A DNA stretch of 64,000 nt from Saccostrea cucullata (taxonomy: Eukaryota). The DNA is taken from assembly GCF_032062105.1 (NCBI RefSeq), contig NW_026920964.1, forward strand, positions 1-64,000, in the 5' to 3' direction. The position numbers and the translations under genes are program-made. The notes under the pieces are model-generated. The model ran no database searches. It saw nothing but the letters and a program-made list of their open reading frames with translations, and was not told where the DNA came from. This document shows positions 25,565 to 38,284 of this stretch, one piece after another (position 1 is the first letter of the stretch; every line of letters starts with the position of its first letter).

Positions 25565-25725
25565 TAGGTGCACTGTACTCTTCAAAGATCAGCAGAAGTA
25601 AGATTATTGCTTTTACACGCAAAGAGCATTATGTTTAAATGGAAAAAATCTTGCGTTGAATAGTAATATTATTGCTATGAATTCAAACACAAAAATTATT
25701 GCGTTAAGTTGCAAATGTATTGCGT

Positions 25726-26436
25726 TTTATTATATGATTGAATAATTTCCATCTCTCTGATTGGCTGATATCCAACTATGTTAGAAAAATACTACGTTGT
25801 ATTGACCTGCACGTGACGTTCCAGATCAATACAAGGATTTATTTCCTCTACATTGATCTAAAAATAGATTGGGAAATTCCAAATTGATACAAATTGTTTT
25901 GGAAAGCTATTTAAACGACTGTGATTTTTTCTCTATGTGAAAAAAAACATAAGCGAATATATATTTTAGGGTGAATATGGTAAGAGGGGATGCAGGGACC
26001 CCCGTCCAACACTTTTACTGAACATGTTTTTTTTTTACTTTTCGGCAGTCAGTTTTCCCTGATAATAAATACTCCTTCCTTTCAAAATCTATCTTATAAA
26101 AAGACTGACATTATATTATTTTTTTCATGGCAACTAAAATTGATTAAAAAAACATTTCAAATTGATACGACTGGTAAGGTTTATTAACATTTTAAGTCTG
26201 TTTCTCTCTTGTATTTGGCTAGGACTTTGTTAAATGCAAGTTAACAAATAATGAGCTGCATCATTTTATCAGTGAATCATATAATAAAACAATTATTGCT
26301 GTTTTTTCGGTCAATACAATGATTTAGCCATCTTCGAAGTACAATATTCACCTCGCCCTTCGGGCCTCGGTGAATATTGTACTCCTCAGATGGCTAAATC
26401 ATTGTATTGACCTCAAAAAGCAGCAATAATTGTATA
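25726..26436. mobile_element. Non-autonomous Crypton-like element
   Basis: Absent in copy A (~6933); TTATATGATT/AATCATATAA asymmetric inverted repeat; ~60-bp-arm terminal hairpin 26289-26433 with CCTCGCCCTTCGGGCCTCGG centre; no clear TSD. Confidence 0.75.
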
Positions 26437-29185
26437 GAATCGCTTTATTATTGCGTTTACGAACGGGCTTCCCTAAAAGGTAGATGACTATGGTTATATC
26501 AATTGTCCATGTTTGTTGTTTATGAAGATGGAATAATTGTTTTCATCATGGTGAAACACATATGTTACTTTCAGTTTGTACATATTTTTACAAAACAATT
26601 GAATAGGTATGTTTATTTTCTCACGGTCAAATATATTTCACTCTGAAAATTTTACATGAGAACAAATAATACATCATTTATTGAAATGTTTTGGCATTTC
26701 GAAATCCCAATTTTAAAAAATTCCTCAAATAAAACAACAAAAAGAAGAAAGAGGAAACGTAGAAGAATATTCTGTTGTACACTTTAAATTGATGGGGGGT
26801 TTTTATTGAAAAGTTAGCTGTAAGCATAACTGATAAGATCGCAATAAACATACGTAATATGAAATATTTTGATTTTGAAATGTTCTCCATTGTGTTCAGT
26901 AAAGAGTAAAGAAATAAATATGGATGAAGCAAGTGAGATACTTTTTCCTGGGAACAACTTTTTTTAATGAATATAATTAAAACCAATGACTAATAAGTGT
27001 CTTTTTAAAACGAAGAGATGCAATATTCTGCTAGAAGTGCAAAATAATAGACGTATTTAATATTTAAAAAATTATTTTTTTAAAAAAAAAGAAAAAAAGA
27101 AAAATATTCATCGATGGATCAAATAGAAGAACCAATTAATTTGTTCAACATAAATACGTCAAATATTTCAATGTTGTCCGCATTACAAAAAAATTAGTTG
27201 CATATTTAGAATTTGCAAGAATTTAAAAAAAATAATAATAATACGTTAATTAAAACTATAATTGGTAAATGCAGGTATGTAAAAAGCATAGAAAAATCAT
27301 GTTCTTGTTTGATAAATGTGGGGGTTGGAAAATATGCTTATTAATAAGTATATATAAAAGGGTCTTGTGAAAAGAATTTAAATCAAAAATATATCGTTAA
27401 TTCAATTAAATATATGATATTAAACATGTTAAATTTGATAAAATATTCTCTTTATTTATTCAATTTATTTTTTAGTTAAAATTCATTCACAGCATAAAGC
27501 CACTTGAACTGATTCACAAATATCGTTTTTAAAATTGTTATACTCAAAGATTATAGATCAGAATACTAACTTACTTCATAAACACAATAATTTTTGTGTT
27601 TTGTAACAAGCACCTACTTTTACACCTTCCAACCAAATTAAACTTTACCACATGCTATTATAGTCCGAAAAATCTTACGGTTTCTTGGCTATTTTAAAAT
27701 ATGATTTTGATATCTTATACATGCCAGGAAAACGTACGGTAACAAATCAAAATCGTAAAAAAGAATTGGACAACGACAGATATTTCGGACTTATGCTATT
27801 ATTGCCCATGCAGAAGTCTTTAGTCATTTTAAGTTGACATAAAAACGTTACTTATCCATTTTTAGAATTTTTTTTTTGGCGGATAAAAATTATCTTTAAA
27901 TAACCAGAGATACGTGCGTATGACCTACGGTGTCAAATTGACCCATGCTTTCATTGTTTACGATTCCTTCGCACTGATAGCCTTTCTACACCGGATAAAA
28001 TGTTGTGATTGTTGGTCGCTGTTATTTATGAAGGATATATTTTCCTTTTCTGACAAATAAGATGAAACTCTGTAGCGAATTTCATTTCATAAGTAGAGAA
28101 AAATAGTTAAAACTGTATTATTAGCCGTAACATATTTTTTTAGGTTGAAGAAATGTAAGTTGATAAGTGTAATACGAACACTGATTCGCACCCAAGATAA
28201 TTCGCATGGAGACGTTCCGCTCTCCACAATGAAATCAAGGGGGTTGTGAGGAGAATAGCGTATGAGAACCCCTTGGCTAGCGAAGATGTTTACAATTTTA
28301 CAATTAAAGTAAAACACGACTGAGAATTATTGAATCAAGCTAGGATAAACTTAGCTGTTTTACTTATTAACGAACAGCTATACAATATTTATTTCCATGA
28401 TTTGTTTTAAAATATACTATACATCTACTGCTTAATTAATGTTAATCCTTGTTCTTTTTACGTCATTTAATATACAAAATGTAAACTTTGGTGAATTGTT
28501 AGTTTTTAGTTAATGAGACATGGACACAGTTTTAACTGATTTTGTTTTTAAAAACACTTTTAATATTTACAATTCCTAAAGACAATTGAAATGGTCAGCT
28601 GAACATAATTTCTTGATTTACAAAGGAGAAACGGAACTTAAACTCTTCATAATATAAACAAGGGTTCTTGCCTCGATTTTGTTTACATAAAGAAAATATC
28701 AATTTTTACGACAAAATGAGATTCAGAAAATCAATATTAAGTGTTTATTTGTATTTAAAGTTAACTTCTTTACTGACAAAACTGCTTTGAACGAACATAT
28801 TTTAGTATATCTAACCTATGTTAACAATAACATGACAAGGGCCTTGTTTACATACCGGTATCAAAGATTGGAGGTCTAAATCTTTCTTAAATTGTATCTC
28901 GTCAACTGAAATTTAAATTTTTCATATTTATAAAAAATATTTAAGTTAAGTATATGTAAGCATGAAGAAATGAACAATAAGTTTAAATAATTTTCAGCTG
29001 AAACTGTGTTCGTACCCTTTTAAAAAAGTATTTCTTCTGGAAAAACAAATATTATCAAAGTTCATATTTCCTTAGAAACATTTAACTGTAGAAAAAATAA
29101 TTGTATCAAAATATTTTTTTAATTGTAGACTGTCTCCTGAAGTAATACTTTGAACCTAGAAAAGAAAACAAATAAAAGTAACACC

Positions 29186-30832
29186 ATGAGGATATCACAA
29201 CACAACTTAAAGTGCTTCTGTGCTCTCATTGTCCGACTGATGTGGAATTCTACTGCATGCCATGTAAACAAAATCTGTGTTTAGCGTGTAAGCAGAAACA
29301 CGTTGTGTATCTCGATACCAAAAACCATGATGTTGTTATTTACCGTTTAAAGCATGGAGAATTTATAACACCAGAGTCATGTGATAGACACCCTGACTGC
29401 AAATATAAAACTGGTGCAAATCTTGTGAATGTCCCATCTGTGATGCAAATTATAAGCATCAAGAACATGGAATTCTTAATATCAAAAAATTAGCCTGCAC
29501 GGTTAAAAGACAGCAACACAAGGAAAGAATTATTCAAATTAGAGGTGATAGTCTCCCATACAATCGTGCGATCCTAGCAGGTCTCGAATCTGACGTCAAA
29601 AAAGATGTAAAAACCTTAAAAGCAAAACTTTCCAGCATCCAACAAGAGCTTGCGGTTAAAGCTGAAAACTTGAAAAAACTTATCGAAATACATAGTAAAG
29701 CAGTAAATGATTTATATGAAACATATATTTATACGAGTTTTATAATGAAGCATCAAAAAATGACAGAGTATATGCATAGATACGAGCAACTGGCGAACAA
29801 GCCTGTGAGGTTTCTATTGTTCATAAAGAAAACCCCTGTCCGACAAGACAATAGAACTTCCTGATAACATAAAGTGTAACTTTGATAAAGAAATAAGAAT
29901 AAGAGACACTCTAGAGCTATTAGTTGAAATCAAAATCACAGAGGCAGGAAAAAGACAAGTTAGAAATGAGCATATGTTGAGACTGTTAAAAGGGGCTATC
30001 CTAAATACTAAGCATGTTGATGTGACTAACTTATAACACGGTGGACACATCTCCATTGTGACGTCAGATAGACTTTGAGTCAGTGATGACCGAAGTCTTA
30101 TATTGACCAATTCTAAAGGTAAAAATCTGCATCATTTATTTGATGTAAGTGAATACTATGGTGTACATACAGTAAACAGTGCAGGAGAGTTGATTTATGG
30201 AGACAAAGACTGGAACATTGGCAAACGAAGTGCAGACAATACTACAAAGTCGACATTGATAAAGAGAGTAGTTTTGTGGGAACCATGGTGTATCTGTCAC
30301 TCAGCCTCTTCTGGGGATTTGTTGGTCATGATGAGATATGATACAAGAAACCCCTCCATACCATTATCAGATGTGAAAGTCATTCGGTACAATAATACAC
30401 TACAACCAATCCAAACAATCCAATACCACAAAACAGGCGAACCATTATATAGTGAGCCTATCTATATCACGGAATGGGGATATCGTTGTGTCTGATTCAA
30501 TTAATGGTGTTGTGGTCACAGACTGTAAAGGGAAATATCGTTTCACTTACGCAGGACCGCCGAAAGGAGTGACCTTTGGATTATTCATGCCAAGTGGAAT
30601 TTGTGTAGATGCATTCTTAAATATCCTTGTATGTGGTCGACTAGACCAAACAATTCAAATGATTAACAAGGACGGTCTCCTGCTGTCAATTCAACCAACA
30701 AAACAAGATAGAATGGTTGAGCCATTGGGACTGAGATATGATGAGAAAAATCATCTTGTTTGGATGGGATCAGGCAACACCAACAGACTGTGTGTGTACA
30801 GACATATAGAACGAGAACATTATCTTGCATAA
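29186..30832 (+). pseudogene. TRIM-like B-box/NHL pseudogene (recent duplicate of 12040-13695)
   Basis: High identity, but with a deletion after the ATG, several frameshifts (~29410, ~29485, ~29845, ~30470) and in-frame stops (~30034, ~30076). Confidence 0.9.
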
Positions 30833-31809
30833 ACTTTAATTTACCAGTGTTTGGCTACCTTGTTTTATATCAATTGGTAGATATTTTTGAGCTTAATTAG
30901 ACTACAGAATATTCCGTATACTTACTCAATAAATACGGGCTCAAGGAAGTGTATTACAGGTCAACAGGGGATGCTGACACACATCAAGCACCTGATTCAA
31001 TCTCTGAAGTTCCATGTGTCCCTGTCATGTGCTGTTCACAGAATTGTATTGTTTGTGTTTTTTTTTTTCGGCGATCGATCAATGATCGACATCTTCATCT
31101 TTTTCACACATATACAGACAAACAGACAAGGAGATTTCGGAAAAGCTTATTAATATGAATATAATAATGAACCGTCCACACACTTGAGCGTTAATATTTC
31201 TTTTTATACCGAAGATATAGAGATAACAAACAGTTTTTAAGATCATTTTATTTAACAAAAAAAAAAAAAAAAAACAGGAGCAGAACAAACGCTGACATTT
31301 TAAAGTTCAGAGGTGCATGAGATCAATTCCATGGAGGAGTGAGCATCCCTTTCCGACCGGTAATACCTGCGTGTGCTACTTGTCATAATCGACAAAAAGG
31401 GAGAATTAAGTTTGTAGAAAATTCAGCGTGTAAATTTGTGTGAAAAACGTCCATCAGCATTTGACTCGATATATATGTCTCTTATGTTGTTTGTGAAATA
31501 TCGCAAAATTAATAATGTTTTTAGAAATCCCTTCACAAAACATCTTGTTGAATCATTTTAAAAGATTAAAATCCTTTTCAAATCAAAGTAAAGAAAGTAA
31601 TCAACATCCTATAATTATGTTCTTTTTTTGTAAAATGGGTCCCAGGTTACACAGTAAAAGGATCTCATTTTGATATCCTTTCACACTGTAACAAAATATC
31701 ATTTTTATTTAATGTCTAAATCCCAGTATTTCACTGTTGAAAATGTAATAGAATATTATATGAAAAATCAGGATAAGAATAATGTAATTTTGCTTCAATC
31801 AAAGCTTAC

Positions 31810-32397
31810 AGATGGACATGGAGATAACGAACAGTATTCAATCTCAACGTCCATTAAACAATATACAAAATAAGAGCAGAGCAAACACGGACCTCCGAAA
31901 CATCAGAGGTGGGATCAGGTACCATGGAGGAGTGAGCATCCCCTGCCGACCGGTCACACCCGCCGTGTGCTCGTTGTCATGATCAGGAAGAAACGAAAAA
32001 AATCCGTCGTCAATTCAGTGTATAAATAATGGACTAACAATTGGTATGAAAAACGTCAGTCAGCATTTGACTCAATGATAAATTGTATTTGCTGACAAGG
32101 TCATTGTATCAACCATAGAATTTACGAAATGATGACTTTAAACGAGATTGTTGATATTCTTGTTTCATCAACTTGTTTGTCAATAATTTACCTCGTTTAC
32201 GAAATTGTTCATACGTAGAGCACGCTCTTGCGTATCGAATCAACTGAGATATATATACTCCGTATGCAGGCGATGAAGGTATATTGCTGCATAAGTAAGG
32301 GAAGTTGACGATAGAAAAGTTAAAGTCATCACGTTTATCATATAGCTTGGTTGTTAGATTACAGTTAGTGTCTTTTTCAAATAAAATATCCAAGTAT
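31810..32397 (-). mobile_element. 5'-truncated Naiad-type Penelope-like copy
   Basis: ORF 32109-32411 is nearly identical to the C-terminus of 10930-11676; absent from the paralogous flank at ~36800. Confidence 0.9.
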
Positions 32398-34230
32398 GAT
32401 AGTTCTTCCATTTCAAATATCGAACAATTGAAGTTAGTTAACCTTTTTTCTGATATTTAGTTAATTGACTTGAAAGTTGCAGCTTTTATTGCTTTAAAGT
32501 AAAGATGCCAAAACTAGAAAATAAAGACATTATTTAGTTTTAGGACACTTAATTTGTCAACCACAAAACGTGCTCAGGATCAGTTGCACATAAATGTGGG
32601 GAAATAAAAAGTTAATATTAAATCCGGATTTCTTTCTTCTGTCGAATTTTCTTGAGTATCTGCCTTCCCACATTATATTACGCATGTATATTATCAGGAC
32701 CACTTAAGAATTCGGAATAAGTGTTAATTCAATGGGACAGTCCTTATGTTGTAGTTTAACTGTTAAATTGAATTATATTTTATTTGGTTTCTACTGTTTA
32801 TCTGGATTTTAGACCGTTTTCTTTCGGATGGCTGATTAAGGTAAAGTATGCACCTTTTTTGTTAGTGATTTACTAGTAAAAATAAGAGATAAGCTTTGCA
32901 TGTTGTACTCCACGATCAATAAAACCAGAGACATTAACTGACATAGAAAGATAAGAAAAATAGCGAAAATGTTTTAAAACTATTTGATCTTGATCGTACA
33001 TACATTATTATGCTCACTTATTTTTCCCCATTTTTCAAACACTCCTTTTATTATGACATAGTTTAAAATAAACCTATTTAGTCAATTTCAAAAAAACATA
33101 AATATTTACTGACATTGAAAGGTGAGAAAAATGAAACAAACATTTGCAAATTATTTGATTATAAACATACTTGCATTCTGACTTTTTTTCCGGATAACTT
33201 GTTATTCGCTTTGAGGGGGGTTAAAATTTTTGTTTTAGTGGACAATTTTACTAGACGTACATTTTAAACTTTTAGGCATACCTTTACTCAGATGACTGAA
33301 AATTCCACTGATAAGAACGAAATACCACCTATTGCACATTGTACACCTATGATTCTTGTGTTAAATTTCAATTTCAAATAACTAGATCAATGACCTCGTT
33401 TTCAAGCCAGGGGCCCTTGAGTATTTCTCGGGAAATGCCTCAATTTTTCACACTAAGAGCAACAAAAAATAAATAATGAAATATTATGGCAAGGGAACAG
33501 AGTTTCTCCATATAAAGAAATGAGTAGAGTTTGGGCCGTAAAGGTGATAATTATTACAGTCCGAATCTCCTCTGTCATATTTATATTTTTTTCCTATTTT
33601 TAATCAAGTATCGCAAAAATCTGAGTGATAAGAACTCTAAATTATTTATATAGCCTCGGATTACTTTTGTTAGCCTCATTCTCATGGTATTAATATTATA
33701 TGGAGTCAATGATCAAATTATTGAGATATGTTGACTGGAGTGGTTTTTGTACATGTTTTTGAATTTCTTTATGTCATAGCATTCATTTATTTGAAATAAT
33801 TTATAAGCTTAAACACATATAAAATTTTCAAATTGATGTCTTAAAATACATATAACATTTACTTTGTGATTAATATTGCAAAAAGAAAATTTCAAAAATG
33901 AAAAATTAAAAAAATTAGTTCGAATTTCCTCTTCATAGCCATACATTGAGTTTTGTTCCTATATATTTTCTTCAAAGACTTACATATTCAATTTTTAAAT
34001 TGATATTTAGATAAAACTTTTTTATCCATTTAAAACAATTTTTGATTTAATGTATTATACTTTATAAAATTTCCTCTCTGATTTCTGAAACCTGAGTAAA
34101 CGTCATCCTTAAATCATTTTACTTATCATGAAAATTAATGTCTAAGAATACATTATATTTTGTTTTATTGTAGACTGTCCCTTGAAACGACATTTTGAAT
34201 TTAAATGAGAAAATATATTTAAGTAGCACA

Positions 34231-35869
34231 ATGAATAAGGATATCACAACACAAATTAAAGTGCTTCAATGCTGTCAGTGTCAGAGAGATGTGGAATTCT
34301 ACTGCAGACAATGTGAAAAAAAATTTCTGTATGCCTTGTAAGCAGGAACACGTTGTGTACTTCGATACCAAAGACCATGATGTCGATGTCGTTATTTACC
34401 GTTTAAAGCATAGAGACTTTATAACACCAGAGTTATGTGATATACACACAGACTGCAAATATAAAAACTGGTGCAAATCCCGTGAATGTCTTATCTGTGA
34501 TCCAATTGATGAACATCAGACATGAGATTCTGGATATCAAATTGTCCTGCATGGTTCGAAGACAAGAACTCAGGGACAGAATTATTCAAATAAGAGCCGA
34601 AAGTCTTCCATACAATCGTGCTATCTTTACAGGTCTCAAATCTGCAGTCAAAAAAGATGTAAAAACATTGAAAGTACAATTTTCGAGCATCAAACAAAAG
34701 CTTGCGCTTAAAGCTGAAAACTTGAAAAAACTGATCGATATACATAATAAGGCACTAAATGATAAAACAAATACTTATATTAGTTTCGTATTAAACCATC
34801 ATAGAATGAAGGAATATGTGCACATATACGAGCAACTAGCAAACAAGTCTGTAAAGTTTTTGTTGTTCATAAAGAAAACCCCTGTCCCTAAACCAAAAGA
34901 CTTCCTGATAACATAACATGCAGCTTTTTTGGAGAAATCAATGAAAGAGACATAAAGAACTATGTTGTTGAAATCAAAATCACAGAGACAGGAAAAAGAA
35001 AAGTTAGAACTGAAAAAATGTTAAAGCTGATGCAAAAAGGAATGTTAAAGAAGTATGTTACTGTGACTGACTTAATTCATAGTATTCACATTTCCTTTGT
35101 GACACCAGATAAAATGTGGGTCAGTGGTGGACTTAATTTAATTTCGACAAATTCTAAAGGTGAAAGTTTTCATTATTTGTAACATGTAAATGAATATTAT
35201 GGTGTACATGCGGTAAACAATGCAGGGGAACTAATTTATGTAGATAAAGACTGGAACATTGACAAACTAAGTGCAGACAATACTACAAAGTCGACATTAA
35301 TAAAGAGAACAGAACTGTGGGATCCATGGTGTATCTGTCACTCAGCCTCAACTGGAGATTTGCTGGTCATGATGAGATATGATACAAAAAACTCTACCAT
35401 TAACTCAGTGGTGAAAGTCATTCGGTTTAACAGCAATGTACAACCAGTAGAAACCATCCAGTAAGACAACTCAGGCCAGCAATTATATAGTGAACCTATC
35501 TATATCACAGAGAACCATAATGTTGTTTCCGATGCATGACGTGGCGTGGTGGTCACAGACCTTAATGGAAATTATCGTTTCGCTTACAGAGGGCAATCAA
35601 AAGTATTCCCATGGATGTTCTTTGTTCCACATGGAACCTGCGTAGATACATTCTTAAATATCCTGATCTGTAGTCGAACGGATCACACAATGCACATGAT
35701 TAACAAGGACGGTCTCCTGCTGTCAATTCTATCAACAAAACAAGATGGGATATTTACACCATTGGGTTTGGGATATGCTGAGAAAAATCATCTTGTTTGG
35801 ATGGGATCAGGCCAGACCAACAGACTATGTGTTAACAGATATATAGAACGACAAGTTTTTCTTGCATAA
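34231..35869 (+). pseudogene. TRIM-like B-box/NHL pseudogene (older paralog)
   Basis: Fragmented frames homologous to 12040-13695; same upstream acceptor TTGTAG|ACTGTC. Confidence 0.9.
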
Positions 35870-38284
35870 ACTCTAATTTGCTAGTGGTGTGGCTGACTTA
35901 TTTCAATCCAATTGATAAAACTTTGTTTTGTGCTGAATTTGACTACATAATGTTCCGTATACCTAATCAATACATAGGTCTCTAGGCAGGGTATGAACGG
36001 TCAACAGGGGACGCTTAATCCTCCTAGGCACCTCATCCCACCACTGGAATTTATATGGGTACCTATTATTCTCTGTTCGCAGAATTGTATTGTGTCTAGT
36101 TTTTTATAGATCGATCACTGCGCGTTATAATCACATTTTTCATAAATTACAGACAAGGATGTTTCAGACGCTCTTATTGGTACGAGTAATAATGATCTGA
36201 TGCCCAAACTTTGAGAGACAATATTTGTTTTTTATTCATGAGATATAGAAATAACGAACAATTTTCAAGCTTAGTTCATTTAACGAATGCAAATCAGGAG
36301 CAGAGCAAACGCTGGCCTCTAAAACTTCAGAGGTGATATCAGTGAAATGGAGTAGTAAGCTTCCACTGCCGACCGGTCATACCCGCCGTGTTCTCCTTGT
36401 CATGATCGGAAAAAGGAAAAATTATAGACAATTGAGTAAAATTAATATCAAAAAAATCCATCAATATTTGACATGATATATAAAATACTTATTTTTTTTT
36501 ATTTTGCAAAAAGAATGATGCTGTTAGAAATTCGTACCAAAAAATATCTTGTTAAATTCTTTGAAAAAAGAAAATCAATGTAAAAAGGAAAGATACCAGC
36601 ATCCTTTAAGTTCTGCTGTAAAATGGTCCCAGGTCACACTGTAAAAGGATATCATTTTGATATCATTATACTCTTTGACAGAATATCACCTTTATTCAAT
36701 GTATGGATCACAGTGTTTTAATGTTGAAAATGTAATAAAGTAGTGTATAAAATATCAGGATGACAATCATGTTATTTTGCTTGAACCAATTGCAAAGCTT
36801 ATGAATACTATTATAGTTCTTCCATGGCAAATATGAAAAACGGAAGGTTTTGCGTTTTTTGTCCTTTAGTTAAATACAATTTTAAAACAGAAATTCCGAC
36901 TTAAAAGTTGAAGCTCATATTGCTGTAGAGTAAAATTTGAAAAAAGTAATCTGTCTGAGACTTGATATTCCAACACAGTAAAGTGTTCAGAAACAGACTG
37001 ACAAAAATGTGAAGAAATTCAAGTTCACATTCAATCCGGGGTTTTTTTCTGTCAAGCCTTCTTTAATATAACTACCCTCCCACATTACAGAACATATGTA
37101 TATTACCATGGATATTATCAGGATCAGCAATGCATTCGGAAGAAGCATGGGCTCTATGGGACGGTCCTTACGTTGTTGTATAACTGTTTAAATGTTGAAT
37201 TTTTATTTGGTTACTCCTGTTTATCTGGATTTTAGTCTGCTTTCTTTTTCATGGGCGATTGTAGGTAAAGTATGCAACTTGTTTAATATTGATTTACTAG
37301 TACAAAGAAAAGATAACGTTTTACCTTTGGTACTCTACGATCAATAAAACAGAAATATTTTTTGACATATAAAGATAAGAAAAATGGCGTGAAAGTTTTC
37401 AAACTACTTGATCAGAAACATGTATGTATTTTGGCATATTTTTTTCGGATAACCTCTTTTCAAACACTCTTTTTCTATGACATACTTTTTAAGAAAATAA
37501 TTCAGTCACTTTCCTTTTGAAAAGTTCACCAGTGTAAATTTATAGTAGATTTTACAAGTTTGTGGTTTGTTTTATAGCATTAGTTAATCCTTGGACAAAT
37601 AAGGAGATGCACGACAGGACAATTATGACATCATCAAGATGATGAAGTTAGGAAATTTTTACAAACATCAAAATTGTCTTATGTCGCAAGGAGAAAAGAT
37701 TTCATCGCGCAATTGAATAGCACACCAGTGGGATTTTAGGCAGAATTATAAAAGTGAAGTTTTCCGTTCAAGGTTTGTATTTCTATTTACCAATAGTTAA
37801 TACGCCCAAAGAATATTCAAGAATGAAAATAATGTTTATCAAAATTCCTGACTTTAATTTTTATAAACCATTTTGATTTTCTCTCGTTTAATTTCTGATG
37901 GATAAATATAAAATTTTCTGTGGGTTAAATTTACAAATTATTATCTAATCAGTGGGTTAAAAATTACAAATTCTTATCTAGTGGGTACCATTATTTGCCG
38001 ATATTTTCACTTCCTTGCATCTTTTAACATTTTGCTGTCGTAGGGACACATTATCCAAAGATGTCGAAAAGATATGGTTCGAGTGAGAGTATAGAGGAAG
38101 TTCCCAGATTATGTCCAACCTTTAAAAACACCATACAGTGCATACGTTTAACTAAATATCAATTTTATTTTCGCTATATTTTCATAAAAGTATTACCTGT
38201 TTATTCCTGTTTTCCTGTAACAACAAAAATTAAAGTTAAAAAGAATGTACCGTATGATAACTTTTACAGGTTGGATAGAATATC

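Larger units (their letters stand above)
24557..31300 (+). repeat. Segmental duplication copy B
   Basis: Collinear with 5847-14150. Confidence 0.95.
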
